Source: Lytechinus pictus (lineage: Eukaryota). From it: a stretch of 64,000 nt of DNA. The notes beneath the pieces are model-generated. The model saw nothing but the letters and a program-made list of their open reading frames with translations, did not search any database and was not told where the DNA came from. The stretch covers positions 25,048,001 to 25,112,000 of the forward strand of contig NC_087246.1 of assembly GCF_037042905.1 (NCBI RefSeq), given 5' to 3'. Both the position numbers and the translations under genes were made by a program. Shown one piece after another: positions 35,011 to 48,782 of this stretch; the first letter of the stretch is position 1, and every line of letters starts with the position of its first letter.

Positions 35011-35566
35011 TGATGTAAATTTTGATTTGTGCCAAAGTAAGGCATGACTGCAATTAATGAATCCAGGGCCCCGTCTAGTTTGACAAAGAGTTACGATTTA
35101 TCCAATCAATCGTAACTCTATGGAAATCCATCGCTGTCTTAATTTTTTCTACAGGAAATTATGTCCTTTGTTACTAAAGAGAAGCACAGTGAATTTTCAA
35201 GAAAACGATGAATGCATGAATATACATCATAGCTAGATAATATTTTGAACAAACATGCATAATAGATGTTGACGTTGCTGGCCGTCCATAGTAGTGATTG
35301 ATCGGATCAATTGTAAGACGGGGCCCTGGTGTCAATGATGTCACAATCTTACATTAATTAGTATACATATTTGAAAATCCCTTTCAATTAAATTAACTTG
35401 AGAATTTATACTAAAAAGTGTGTATTAAACATTTCTAATGTAAATTATAGAAACGGTGTTTTGAAACGGATTTTAATACAACCCTTGTAGGATTATGACA
35501 TCATTGACAACTGGATTCATTGATTGCAGTCATGCCTTACTTTGGCGCAAATCAAAATGTACATCA
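35011..35566. mobile_element. Foldback MITE containing a nested GGCCCCGTCT-ended Harbinger-like MITE (~35066-35326)
   Basis: Outer arms TGATGTAAATTTTGATTTGTGCCAAAGTAAGGCATGACTGCAAT / ATTGCAGTCATGCCTTACTTTGGCGCAAATCAAAATGTACATCA. Inner GGGCCCCGTCT / AGACGGGGCCC splits the left arm. Confidence 0.75.
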
Positions 35567-36630
35567 TTGATTTTGAAGCAATAAAATCTATAATAATAAT
35601 TAAAAAAAACATAAAAAAAGAAAACAAAACAAATATCTCTTAATTATTTCCCGTTTTATTTCATTCAAGATTTTAAGGGTTAAGTTGATTCGTTCAAAGT
35701 AAGTTTACAGGGTGACCGGAATAAGGTATGCCTTCGCAGACCTATTTTACCTATCGTCAATGATAACTACAATAAACTACCCACATCGTAAAAAGAATAC
35801 TCTTTATTCGACACAAAAGATAGTAGGGAATGAATTGCAGTTCTATTCTAAGCTCTTAAATTCGTCGAAATTCGCAATTCATTATTTCGACCGCTGAATC
35901 CACAAACCCTTTGACCCATTTTAATTGTTATGAAATATTGTATTTTAATACCAAGGTAGTGGTAGAGTATAGTGTTTGCTATGACGTTGGAATAGGTTGT
36001 AATCGCAAACATACATAAAATGATATATGGGCAAAAAGTTCGACTGATATTTGCACGACACTGGATACCATTCCTCTATAAATCTGCAGTAAAAAAAATA
36101 TTCATCTCTATCAGTATGGCAATGCAATATTTCTATATACATGAATATTTGGTTTATTATAATTTGCTTTATTTTATCGGGGGGGGGGCACCCTTGTTTG
36201 CGACCGAAAATATAATGTCAAAGTCAACAAAAATTTTGGCAGATTTTCATCAAAGCCAATGGTTTGTTTGATTATGGCCATTTTATTTGTAGGGGCATTT
36301 GGTAAATATCAGCGTAGAAAATAATTTTTATTTTGGGGGACTGCTTCCTTTTCCACATCCGGGCAATTGCAGCATTTTTGTGGCTATTTCTTTCATATTA
36401 AGGGCTACTTTTTTTTTTGGGGGGGGGAGGCAACAATCAATTATGCAGTAAGAGCAAATATCATTATACTGTCATAGTTAGAATGTTGATTTTCTAAATT
36501 TTGAATATTGTTTGTGACAGATCTTGGGGCACTATAGAAAGAATGGGCGCCCCAAAGCATTCATTTTAGGGGGATTTTAGCGGCAATTTCAGCAGTCATG
36601 AGAGCAAAATCGCCTTCACCCCCATGTTTG

Positions 36631-36921
36631 ATGAGATCAGATAAACGCCTAAGATCTCTTCCTTCTAGAACCTCGCGCTTCGTTAATTCTTTTGTTCCTG
36701 TTTCAATCCGTACATTAATAGCCATACTTGAAATTATATTACCCCCCCCCCTTCCTGCCTTTATCTGAAATTCTCTAATCTTTGTTTGTTAGATTTGTAT
36801 GATGTTTATCATGTAATCTTTGTGTTTATCATAATGACATTCTAAATTATTTTGTGCGAACAAATTGAATTTCCATTTGTACCTGACTGCATGATGGACA
36901 GTAAAAAATATCTGAATCTGT
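36631..36921 (+). mobile_element. 3' fragment of a Rex/Babar-like LINE
   Basis: Translates to MRSDKRLRSLPSRTSRFVNSFVPVSIRTL, resembling the conserved ORF2 C-terminus (RT.R..NSF.P.AIR.LN). It ends in a TCTGAA-type tail. Confidence 0.55.
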
Positions 36922-37400
36922 ATTTCATACGCTGGCAAATTTGGACCTCTCTGAATCGGACCGTGGATTCTTCTCCTTATAATTCAAGTCAGTCCCTCCT
37001 CTTTACTTACTGGTGAAAAGAAACTACATTTGGTTTTAACGCTTCCGTCAACACCAACTTCGTTTCGACTATCCCTCTTGAGCAAATACGTAGACAATTG
37101 CTCGTTAATAAGTTCTTTTAAAAAGAGAGCGTCCCGGTCAGTTGGCTGTGACATCAGGGAGTCGATAGAGGGGTATGGGGGCAAGACAAGTTGCTTCAAT
37201 ACATGAGACAATCTAATTAAGTCATCTCGAATTTTGTTGCATTCTTATACACATTGATTGAGGATTATCACGCAAATTATGCTTTATTAGTTATTCGAGG
37301 TCATTCTTGATAGTGAAATAAACAAAGTTAGGTGTGAACCATAAAACGTCAACAAAGAGTTCGAAGGTGGTCATCTTTGATTGTTATGGACCAGCACGTA

Positions 37401-37691
37401 CCCTGATTGGTTCAATCAACTTCTCATCTTAATGATGATTCACAGGGTTTCTTTTGTTACTTGGCGGCTTTTCTCGGGTTGGGGTCATCTTATATTTCAG
37501 ATCAAACAAACCGACTCTCTCTATAAATAGGACCATGAAGTTTAAGAAGAGAGTGTTTGTCGAGTAAATCGAACAGAAGAATCTAATCATCGACACTATA
37601 GCTGGTCAAGACGTACGGAGGAGCTTGATGGTCCCCAACGCAGGACATCTCAAGTATTCTAAACATCAATCTTTTAGTTTATGCCGTAAGT
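37401..37691 (+). promoter_or_regulatory. Candidate promoter and non-coding first exon, probably of the SLC10 gene at 43543
   Basis: CTGATTGGTT (inverted CCAAT, 37403-37412), TATAAATA (37522-37529) and donor GTAAGT at 37686. The link to the acceptor at 43521-43523 is inferred. Confidence 0.35.
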
Positions 37692-40600
37692 ATTAAGCTT
37701 CTTTGACATCGTTCTTTTCTATTTGATAACATTCATTGTTAATACATGGAACTCAATGAACCTTGAATAATTATACCCTTTTCCCATTTCGATCAGATTT
37801 TAACATTATGTACGGTAGATTGTCTTTTCGTCATGTTATGATGGGCCTGGGAAAGAATTTTGAAGAAGGGATATTGGTATTGAAAAAAAAGACAAGCCCC
37901 CCCCCAAAAAAAAAAAAAAAAAAAAAAATCACAAAGAATATGACAAAAAAAGGCAATTGTGTCAAATTTCTATACAATTTAACATACAAACCTGATTTAA
38001 AAGGGGTGCTGATCGATTATTAATTTGTAACACTGCTTCCCAGGCGCCACTTGAATGTTCATTGTGGTCTTCCATTTTGCTTTTTTCTCTGCTACCTTAA
38101 AAAAACAACACCGCAATATATTTATTCTTACGATTGATTATCTCCTTGCAAGAGCAGGCAGTACCTGAGCGTGCGTCGAAATTATTGTATGAATATAGGC
38201 TTAAAATACGGCCAATATTGGTTGCTTTTGTTTTACTTTACGTGAATTCCACGAAAGCCTGAAGCATGTGGCAACAGAGCAATTTATTCTTCCATTCGAG
38301 CTAGGGATAGAAAGAATGTAATTTGCTCTCGATTGAGTATCCATGAAACAAAATGTGTGATTAAAAAAAAAACACCGGGCAGCTCATAGATCTATAATGA
38401 TGTGTCCCTCCAAATTGATGACTTCATCTTGTTGGCTAGCTCCCTCGAAAAGTTTTGGCAACTTTCAAATAAAAAACATCAAACCAGCATCAAGACTCGT
38501 AGCAAACCGTTACTTTTATTATTGTGAACAATCAAAAGTACTGGTCTCATTGCACCCATTCTCTCGAGATGTGACGCACTTTAGTTTGTTTTGAGGAACT
38601 TTTATGCCATAAAAACACAAATGGGTGATTGTCAGATCGTTTCGTGTTGAGAAACCAGAAATTTATTGCCAAAGAAGAAAGGGTTTTAACCCGAAGAAAT
38701 TTCGCCAAAGGATGTGAAAAAATAGTTGAAGCCATTGAGGCAATAGGTAAGAGTTCCCTCTCGTCACCACACGTATTGTTCTGTTTTTGGTGTTTAAATT
38801 TACCAGAAATTCCCTTTGTTGGGGGGGGGTGCAGTCCTCTACTTTTTGTGGGGGGTTGGGGGTCCAGGCTTGAAAATGAGTGTGCCATCGTATCAGCCAG
38901 TCGCTCCCGCCACCCGGCAATAAATCAATTTCAGTTATGTGAGCCAGTGTAGCAAACAAGCGAGAAAAATCACACATTCAAACTGCTCCATACACCCAAA
39001 ACAAAACACAAATGGGGGGAGGGGCGTGCATTCTCTGTTATAGGACCAAAGCTATGGAATCAACTGCCTATCTAATTACGCCAAATTTCATCAACAGAAA
39101 CATTCAAGTCCTAACTGAAAACTTATTTGTTCCTCTCCCATTCACAGTTCAGTGTGTTATATTCAGGAGAATTCAAAATTCTATTCTTTTTCATTTTCTA
39201 TTATTGTTTGTGTGTATGTTTATTTTTCTTGAAGCGCCATGAGCACCGAAATGTGGACATGTGCGCTGTATAAGTAGCCACTATTATTGTTATCATTATT
39301 AAGAATGTACTTTAAAAACTATTTTCAATTTAATTCAAATATTAAAAAATATGGTTTATTGAAAGAAACATGCATGTATTACACCAAGGGCCAGTGATTT
39401 CTTTTCTTGAATCATGAAGAGAGATAAGAAATAACAGCGAACGGATAGATTTTCACAGGAAAAAATCCAAGAGATGCCATTGTTTCAGCAACAGATATCG
39501 ACTCTAGAAAAACATGGGATCCTCTTTTAAACTTGACAAAACAAAAATCAAGTGCGTTAATGCAATCCCATCGTTCCCAACTAAGATCGCAGTTGTGAAG
39601 TGGTTTGAACTGTTCTGCCCAAGTGCACTCCTTTATGTTTTTTAGCCCTTTAATACCCTTTTAATACCTGTTTACCAGGGCACCTCTTTAGATCAATACT
39701 TGTTTTTGAAAGGGCTACCATAGCATGTATAAAGAAGAGCGAATACATAAATGAATAAATATATTCGGCCTAAAATGGTTCTAGGAAATATGCATTCTAC
39801 TTGTTACTTGGACTTTCCAGTCATTAGGTCTGCACATGTAGTACACCGACTGTTTACTTCAATTTTGCTTCGACTTTTGTCAGGTAACCTTTCTATTACT
39901 TCGTTTGCATTGTACATTATACATTTGTGTTGAATCTGATTTTATGTTTTTTATTTCATTTCATCTTTTCGATTAACATATGAGATTGTAAATTTGTCGG
40001 GTTTATCATCATGTTTTGTTTTGTTCTTTTGCTCTCAGTTTGTTAAGTTGCTTATTTTTTTTTCTTATTAGGTCTAATAACAATAAATTTGTCTGATATT
40101 AAGCGTACTTAACCTTTACATCAAAATAAAGGCTTGCAATCATCCAAAAACTGTTATCTGAGTACTCTCAAACTTAATTTGTGCCACAAACAATATTCTT
40201 CATTCACATTTTTAGAAAATATAAGCAAAATATAATTTGTTCTAAAATCGGATTGTGGACCAGGAGCTGTTCGGAGGCCTTTATAGGAAATATCAAAAAC
40301 GCAGATGAGATGAGACGGCCTTGTGTAAATTTTTATCATGAATTTGGATTTGGCAGTGAAAACATCTCATTACCTCTTTTGGGACACCAACTTATCTGAA
40401 CACAATTATTCAATATTCTTTTTGTGATTTTCAATATATACAAGATATTTTGCAGGATTGGACATACGTTGCGTTTCGGTTGATCTCCTTCACGTAAAAA
40501 AAAGCTGAGAGATAACCACCCAGGGTCCAAATACATAAATCTAAATTTTCTATGGTAAATACATTTAAATTTCCTCTGTTATGCGCTTATTTTCTAAACC

Positions 40601-40789
40601 TAGCTTCTTTCTATAAATATAAACATCCATATAAATTTATATAATATTTTCATCAACTTAATTTCAGTGACATTTTGAAATGCCCCTGATTTACTAAGAA
40701 TATAGTTGCTTAGATACTAACATCTGTACTCTGCTATGGTCGCGGTGCTATATATATCAGTATCATGTAATATGCTATAAGCACGAACT

Positions 40790-41076
40790 AAGCTTATGTT
40801 AATAGACATAGCTTCAGAAACCCTCCTATATCCCCCGCCCCAGAAAACAAGCCCTGCATATTAGCTTCTGAAGAGACTTGGATATTATTACACCGGCTTA
40901 AGGCCGAAAGCCTTTTACAGCACATAAACTCCCGCCATAGCACGTTGGCCTTTACTTCACCTGGGTTGAGTGCACTACAATGTGGATCAATTTGTTGCTG
41001 AAGAAATTGCGCCATGAATTCGATTCGAACCCACGACCCTCTTTTTCAAAGTCAGGAGACGAATCTACTGGGTCAC
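40790..41076 (-). mobile_element. Degenerate tRNA-derived SINE
   Basis: The minus strand reads GGGTCGTGGGTTCGAATC (B box), followed by GATCCACATTGTAGTGCACTCAACCCAGGTG SINE body. Confidence 0.55.
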
Positions 41077-41487
41077 AAAGATCAAACAATCATAAATCCG
41101 ACAAGTTATGTAAATCAATTTTTTTTATTTGAAAGTTATGGCATTTTAAATTTCGCAAAACGTTATATGCACATAATAAATGAAAGGATAATAGGATAAC
41201 CGATGTCATGTCACACACGAAAATAGAGGTCTAGAAAATTTACTATTTTCGTGTTCGAGAAACTTATCATCTAAAAAAATTATAAATGTAGAAATGGAGG
41301 ATATTTACGCCTTCTTTCTACCATGCCCATAAAAATTGATTTCATTTGCTAGTTTGCCATGTTTGCGAGAGAGCAGAGATCCAAATGCAAGAAACTCTAG
41401 ATATTTTTATTTTAAAATGGAGTATTCTATTTTGTAAATTACATTTTGATTCACTTTTTTGTCATAAATATATATAATTTCTTCAGC

Positions 41488-41518
<31 letters not shown>

Positions 41519-43542
41519 ATCATATATGTGTATATTATTTGATTTGCACTTTTTCTCGTATTTCAGTTTGGCAAAGTTTCACTATAGCAAAGAGTGACAG
41601 TAGATTATAACAATGACAATAAATGAATGTGAAATATGAAGGAACCTGCAAAATAAGGCAGAGATTGTAGGTCTCTTTAAAATATGAAATCATCAATTAA
41701 GGAGATGAGGTGTAAAAGACACTAGATACTACATACTACAAAAAAAAAACTAGAGATTGATAATGAAACATAAAAGAGGGGGATGTTCGGAACTTTGGAG
41801 TTGGGTGAGCAAAGCCCGAGACGGGACCAAAGAGATCGGGAGAGGGTAATAGGGAGAAGATCGGACTGAGGTCCATGTGTAACGACGTCCACTACCACAT
41901 TCGAATTGTTGGACCTATTCTTGTCTTAATCCTATATTTCAAATCCACAATATAGGTATATGCGCGTTTGAATCATTATTTTGTAAGTTTCTTCTTTCCG
42001 AAACGCCTTTAAAAACCTTTTTTCTGTTGAGTGTAATACCTGAGCCACGGACAATGCAATTTGAGCATTGATTGTTTAAACGTCTTCATATGCCATAAAG
42101 CAAGATCCGCCCATATGATGCTTAAGAATCATTTATGGTGATTTTCCAAATGATCATTAATTTAACTTATGATGAGTAAGTCTTTACAAGAAAAAGGGTC
42201 GTTCGTTAGCTTGACTTTCCCCCTTTTCTTGGTATTATTCTGTCCATACACCCACCCAGGATTTTGTGAGATATTTTACATCTCAGGAAGTTTGTACTTC
42301 GCAATTATTGTGACAAAATTTCCTCGTTCTGTATACTTATAATCTCTCGATGGATAATGGGACAATAACCATTTCGAGCATTTCAAACGACTACGGGGCT
42401 AAGTTGTGTCCACGCTTCAGGGCGTCAGTATAAAACATAACATTCTTTCGACAGGGGTAACAACACAATTCAATGGATTTTTCTAACAAAAGCCATGATG
42501 ACGCAACAATAGAATTCCCCCTACTTTATACCACCAAATTCAATGCTTGCTTTGTATTCATTTTAGAAACCATATACTATTCCCCCTCCTTCCAAATTTG
42601 GCTGTGGGCGTGTGAAGCAAGATACTCTTATTCTTTTCTACCATTCTTCTGCAACAAACAATTGGGAACGCCACTTTTCAAACATATAACATGTACAGGA
42701 CTGGACTTTGTTTGCGCACAGTGTCCATTGAAAAGCTACATCTGTATTTCTTCAGTGACTATCTAAAGAACCATGTCAACAAACTTCAGCTTGCTGTATA
42801 GTATTTGAAATAACCAAATTATTTTATTACCCTCGTAATCCATTAAAGCACCACAGAACTCAATTTGAATGGAATACCGTCGCATGCATTGTTATGAATT
42901 GGAGACTCGTCTGATTTCCCAACAATTTCAGCGAGCCGGAATTGTAAATTGATATTCATAATATGAGCTGTAATGAAAACAGAAGTTTCAGTAATCATTA
43001 TTATGATTGGCATCAGCCTTAACTCTGGACCAGGATATATCATACCACATCTGATGTTTCATGTTCAAGTACAAGGAATGGTTCGATAATTAGATATGAC
43101 GATGAGGTGATCTTCAAAGGACATTAGTTTGAAGGGCGACGAACGCTACTTGAGTGTCTGATTACACATTTTAGGCGGAAGCAGTTCCTAGGGCTTACAA
43201 TTACATGTGCTGTGTAGTATATTGCCGGTGAAAATTCACTTTCGAAACCATTGTCATCATAATTATCGTGTGAATATACAGCGGTTACAAGCCTTTATTT
43301 GTCGTTTTAGCCAAATGTAGCATGAATTATCTGTCTAATTTAGATGCCAGTAATCGAAACTTGTACTTAGATTGCACGTAGACAATTAAAAACTGTAAAC
43401 ACTGTCAAGAGCATGCTTGAGAGTGCTGTTGAACAAGTTAAAAGAAAGTGAAGACTATTGATTGCCGTGAAGAAAGATCATTAGCGTGGTGATTTTTGTC
43501 TTGTTGATATCGTAATTCGTCAGAAAGGAGAGCATCACCACC

Positions 43543-45252
43543 ATGTTGCCATCCCTTGGTAGCTTACTTCTCGCCGTCATCTTCTTGAGGGTGGGCGTGG
43601 TCGGGGCGGAGTTCAATTATACCACTCTACCAACAAACTTCGTCACCGTGGAGGAGGGAAAGGAAGCAAGCCTGCGGATAAACCTTACCGGCATCACGAA
43701 AACTCTTCAGATTGAAACGTCGAGTAGCGATCTGCAAAAGTTTACCCTCGAGCAAGCTAGATTTCAGGTTAACCCCATCTATGAAACGATTCTGTATCCC
43801 AATGGTTCGACAGGCCAAAGACTCAGAGACGACGGAATACAGACTATAACAATTAGAATAGGAGGTATTTCATTGGGTATTAGAGAAATTGACTTTGTAG
43901 TGAGGGATGATATGGGTTTATTGGACCCTAGTTTTCAAATCCAGCCGTTTACTGTCAAAGTGATCCGGACACCAAGCTCAGTGGGGACTGTATTCACCTA
44001 TATCTTGTTAGTATGGCTAATGATTAGTTATGTCACCATGGGGGTAAAGATAGAATGGGGCGTCATCAAGAAAAAGATGAGGAGACCGTTTGGCGTAGTG
44101 ATTGGTGCGACGTGTCAGTTTATTGTGATGCCTGGCATAGCTGCGCTCTTAGCGACGGTGTTGAATCTTGAACCTACAGCGTCAGTGGCTCTCATCATCG
44201 TTGGCTCGTGTCCAGGGGGGTGGCTCAGTAATGTCTTCACCCTTTTGCTTGATTGTGACTTGGTATTGAGTCTTACAATGACATTCTGTTCGACAGTGAT
44301 TGCCCTGGGTATGATGCCATTGAACCTATTCATCTATGCCACACCATACGCCAGTAATAACAGTAACATCAGGATACCTTTCGTGCAGATCTTCATTCAG
44401 CTTATCACATTGGTCGTACCTCTATTCATAGGAACATTCCTTGCTCATCGGTACCCTCGAGTGGCTAAATGGTTCCGAAAGCTCCTGAAGCCCATAGCGG
44501 TTGTTCTTGTCCTTGTCGGATTCGCTGCTGGACTCTGGGCCAACTACTTTGCCTTCGAGTCTCCTGCGGACATCTATCTCAGTGCGATTATATTACCTTG
44601 TGTAGCCGCTCTCCTGGCTTTCTTTGTGAGTAAACTCACTTGCTTGTCTAACCATTCATCCATCACCATCGCCATAGAAACAGGGTCTCAGAATGGTCTC
44701 CTAGCAACATCTGTTATAGCATTTTCTTTTCCTCAACCGGAAGCGGATCTCATGACTAGGGTTCCCGTTCTCTTCGTCATCTTCATTTTCATCGAAGGGT
44801 TATGTATGACGGCCATATACGTGGTCATGAAGCGGTTTCCTGGTCGATTTGAGCTTCCTGATGATGACGATAGCGTCGACCATGACGACTTTGGTGATAA
44901 AGCTATTAAATTTGAACCATCACAAGAAAATGGAAATACCAAATTGGACATATCATCAAGAATAGTTGGGCTGGGTTCCAATGACTTCAAACAGTCCTCC
45001 AAACCAAGAAAGAAGACTAAGCAATCATGGATGTTCTCGAAGTCGACTCAGGTTGACCTTGAAGAGATTCGTCGAAGTTCTGATTATGCCAGGTCGAACG
45101 TTATGTCACAGGTCCGGTCCCATTCTAGATCTCTTTCCCATGTCAACCGTGCTTACGACGCTGAGGAAAATGGACCATTATCTGTGTATAACATCAGCAC
45201 TGCCACAATGGATGATACTGCGAACCAGAATGCTCGTCAAGTCTATATATGA
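43543..45252 (+). CDS. SLC10 (sodium/bile acid symporter family) transporter A, single coding exon, 569 aa
   Basis: Strong Kozak CACCATG, signal peptide, ~125-aa extracellular domain, and SBF motifs MGVKIE..RPFGVVIGATCQFIVMP, GSCPGGWLSN, DLVLSLTMTFCST and IETGSQN. Confidence 0.92.
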   Translation: MLPSLGSLLLAVIFLRVGVVGAEFNYTTLPTNFVTVEEGKEASLRINLTGITKTLQIETSSSDLQKFTLEQARFQVNPIYETILYPNGSTGQRLRDDGIQTITIRIGGISLGIREIDFVVRDDMGLLDPSFQIQPFTVKVIRTPSSVGTVFTYILLVWLMISYVTMGVKIEWGVIKKKMRRPFGVVIGATCQFIVMPGIAALLATVLNLEPTASVALIIVGSCPGGWLSNVFTLLLDCDLVLSLTMTFCSTVIALGMMPLNLFIYATPYASNNSNIRIPFVQIFIQLITLVVPLFIGTFLAHRYPRVAKWFRKLLKPIAVVLVLVGFAAGLWANYFAFESPADIYLSAIILPCVAALLAFFVSKLTCLSNHSSITIAIETGSQNGLLATSVIAFSFPQPEADLMTRVPVLFVIFIFIEGLCMTAIYVVMKRFPGRFELPDDDDSVDHDDFGDKAIKFEPSQENGNTKLDISSRIVGLGSNDFKQSSKPRKKTKQSWMFSKSTQVDLEEIRRSSDYARSNVMSQVRSHSRSLSHVNRAYDAEENGPLSVYNISTATMDDTANQNARQVYI

Positions 45253-45418
45253 TAATTTCAACAGACGAATCTGTACTATTCAAAAACGTTTTATGGGCGG
45301 AGGGGGGGGGGCAAACTTACAGAAGATGGAATTGAAATAGGAACAAAGTAAAGTTCAAAGTAAAGTTCATTTCACGTTTTCTTATATTGAAGTCAAAATG
45401 TTATTAAAGTTACTTTAA

Positions 45419-46022
45419 GGGATGCTCCGGGCTGAAAATAATATGATTTAAACAGATAAAGATAACTCGGACAAACAAAACACTGAAAATTTGATCAAAA
45501 TCGGACAAGGAATAACAAAGTTATGGCATTTCAAAGATTTTCATTATTCCGGTGAAACAGTTCTAGCCATGTCTTCATGAATATTGAATGAGCAAATTGA
45601 TGTCATATCCCTACTTGTTCTTTTGTATTTTATTATATGAAATTACATGTAGGTTTATTCAAATTCTACCAAGAACTGAAAAAAATTGATTGCCAACTGA
45701 TTAATAGTGCATTAGTTATTCATTTCTACAAGGTATTTCATTATAAAGGAGACGCATTATTCACACGTTTATGAAAATATGAAACAATTATGATTTCATG
45801 AAATAACATAAGAAAAAGGAAAGTGGGGATGTGACATCATCCGCCCACCTAATGAATATTCATGATGACGTGCATATAACTAAATTCACAAAATATTGCT
45901 AAAATTTAAAATTCAATAACTTTGTTATTTGTTATCCGATTTTGATGAAATTTTCAGCATTTTGCTTTGTGAGTTTTACTCTATTTATTTAGATATAAAT
46001 ATTTTCATCCTGGAGTACCCCT
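45419..46022. mobile_element. Kolobok-like MITE
   Basis: TTAA|GGGGATGCTCCGGGCTGAAAATA ... TATTTTCATCCTGGAGTACCCCT|TTAA. Confidence 0.75.
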
Positions 46023-47587
46023 TTAAGGTGCTGTCAGACCAAGACGATCCAGTCAATATTTGCCGACTTATCAATTAATCACATTTCTTGGTATCGAATG
46101 TTGCCATTTGTTGATTACACAAAATGATTTCTTCATATCAATAAATCAATTATTAATATAAAGATTTTGATTTCTCGACATGCTTGATATCAAGATAAAG
46201 GGTGATAAAATGAATTCTAAATCGCCCGATCGTGACCGCCCCTACAGGTAATCTGTAACCATGTAATACATAATGTAAAAAACTGAACAATACATGGGGT
46301 ATCATGCAATTTTCATATTCAATGCGTTTAGTACTTCACATCTCTTTGAGTACCGTAATATGTAGAAAATCTCAGGAATTATACGAGTGTTGCCATTTTT
46401 CCCCATGTTAATCTGTCCTAACATTTAAATGTAGATTTACGTCATCTATGACGCATTTGATCATGTTGATATCTATCAGCAGAATCGCCGATCCTAGGGG
46501 CAGAGGGAAGCGATCTACCCCAGTGAAAAAAATGGGGGTGAATATATCAATTTGCCCCCAGTGATTTTTAAAAATTGAAAAATTCATAACATTTAATGCA
46601 TATTGACTGTTGTGATTCATTCTATCCTGAAATTGATGATTTATTTTTTGAAATATTATTTTACAATATTTCTAAATGTTTTAAGAATCATTTTCTATGA
46701 TTTCACTCTGTGCACTTAACATCGATTTTTACCATTTTAATTGTATTATCTTTTGACTTAAAATGCGTTTCACTTTTGAATTTTCACGATCATTGTCTTT
46801 GCTCTTTTGAATGTTTTGAAAAGATATCGGTAAATCGTTAACCATCGCTGTATGCATAATTGACAAAATATTATTCTCAAATGTGAATAAAACGTGACAT
46901 TTTTATTGTTATTTTTGTAATTTAGTGTGTAAAAATACGCATAATCTTCTAAGATTAATCAAAATTTCAAATATTGTTATTACGCGATATATTCTATCAT
47001 GATAAAAGCTGCAAGTAAAATATGCATGGCATGTCAAAGTGATGCGTATAAAACAGAACCTTCACCATACTCAGTTTGGCCCCCATCCTCCCTCCCCCTC
47101 TCTTTTCTCTCTCTCCCCCTCTCTTTTCTCTCTCTCCCACCCTCTCTCTCTCTCTCTCTCGCCTCTTTCTTCCTGGCCTATCCTATCTTATTATTTCTTA
47201 ACTCCTTTTTAGGTATATTTTAATACATTTATATGTTTAACATTTTATAACAAATTGACACAGTTCAAATATAATAATTTCCTATAACTATAACGAAGTG
47301 TTCTCTTTTCGAATGAAGAGTACATCTATCCATTAAAATAAATTTTATGAGATGACAAAAGGCTGTTAAGAATATGAGAGAAAGAGAGATACATAGAGAG
47401 GGGGAGAGAGAAAGGGAGGGGGTGAGGAGAGAGGGAGAGATGTGTTAAGAATGCAGAAATTGTTACTTTTTCCTACACCAATGAGAATGTTGAGAATGAT
47501 TATACAATTACTGTTGAAAGAATGTCTAATGACATTGAGTTTAAAATGTTGAGAAAATGTATAGAGTATCTTCATCTGAATTAAGTA

Positions 47588-48351
47588 NNNNNNNNNNNNN
47601 NNNNNNNNNNNNNNNNNNNNNNNNNNNNNNNNNNNNNNNNNNNNNNNNNNNNNNNNNNNNNNNNNNNNNNNNNNNNNNNNNNNNNNNNNNNNNNNNNNNN
47701 NNNNNNNNNNNNNNNNNNNNNNNNNNNNNNNNNNNNNNNNNNNNNNNNNNNNNNNNNNNNNNNNNNNNNNNNNNNNNNNNNNNNNNNNNNNNNNNNNNNN
47801 NNNNNNNNNNNNNNNNNNNNNNNNNNNNNNNNNNNNNNNNNNNNNNNNNNNNNNNNNNNNNNNNNNNNNNNNNNNNNNNNNNNNNNNNNNNNNNNNNNNN
47901 NNNNNNNNNNNNNNNNNNNNNNNNNNNNNNNNNNNNNNNNNNNNNNNNNNNNNNNNNNNNNNNNNNNNNNNNNNNNNNNNNNNNNNNNNNNNNNNNNNNN
48001 NNNNNNNNNNNNNNNNNNNNNNNNNNNNNNNNNNNNNNNNNNNNNNNNNNNNNNNNNNNNNNNNNNNNNNNNNNNNNNNNNNNNNNNNNNNNNNNNNNNN
48101 NNNNNNNNNNNNNNNNNNNNNNNNNNNNNNNNNNNNNNNNNNNNNNNNNNNNNNNNNNNNNNNNNNNNNNNNNNNNNNNNNNNNNNNNNNNNNNNNNNNN
48201 NNNNNNNNNNNNNNNNNNNNNNNNNNNNNNNNNNNNNNNNNNNNNNNNNNNNNNNNNNNNNNNNNNNNNNNNNNNNNNNNNNNNNNNNNNNNNNNNNNNN
48301 NNNNNNNNNNNNNNNNNNNNNNNNNNNNNNNNNNNNNNNNNNNNNNNNNNN
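47588..48351. other. Assembly gap (further gaps at 48928-49059 and 61119-61268)
   Basis: Runs of N. Confidence 1.
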
Positions 48352-48430
48352 GTGATAGTGGTGAAAGTTGTAAGCTACATTGTGAACGTGGGGATCATTA
48401 CGTAATGATGATAACGATGGTGATGATGAT

Positions 48431-48782
48431 AATAATAATAATAATATTCTGCATTTATATAGCGCTTAATACATCGAAACGACGTTTCTAAGCGCTTTAC
48501 AGATTTATTATTACCCCGGTCATCGGATCCTTGCATGCCCGCATACAATGTATGTACCTTCTCCACTCCCTGGGGAGCATTCCAACAAGAGTTCCAAGAC
48601 TCAATTGCTTGGCATACTACATAGGCTTTCGCATCCTACCGGGTACCCATTTAACACCTAGGTGGAAAGTGGCAAATTGTGGATTGACGCCTTGCCAAAG
48701 GACGCTAGGCCATGGCGGGATTCGAACACACGACCCTCTGATTACAAGGCGAGAGTCAGAACCGCTACACCACGGCGCTTCC
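48431..48782 (-). mobile_element. Well-preserved tRNA-derived SINE embedded in a (GAT/GGT)n-rich minisatellite
   Basis: The minus-strand head GGAAGCGCCGTGGTGTAGCGG..GTTCGAATCCCGCC carries A and B boxes. The body contains AAATGGGTACCCGG and the tail is AGCGCTATATAAATGCAGAATATTATTATT. The flanking unit GGTGATAGTGGTGAAGGTTGTAAGCTACATTGTGAACG recurs at about 48352, 48875 and 49113. Confidence 0.8.

Noticed and set aside
43543-45252. Assigning a specific symbol (SLC10A2/A3/A5/A6) to the SLC10 genes
   Set aside because: Family membership is clear, but one-to-one orthology cannot be established without a phylogeny.
48710-48782. tRNA gene on the minus strand
   Set aside because: It has A and B boxes but continues into a SINE body and a (TAT)n tail, and related degenerate copies occur at about 14575 and 41000. 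It is a SINE head.
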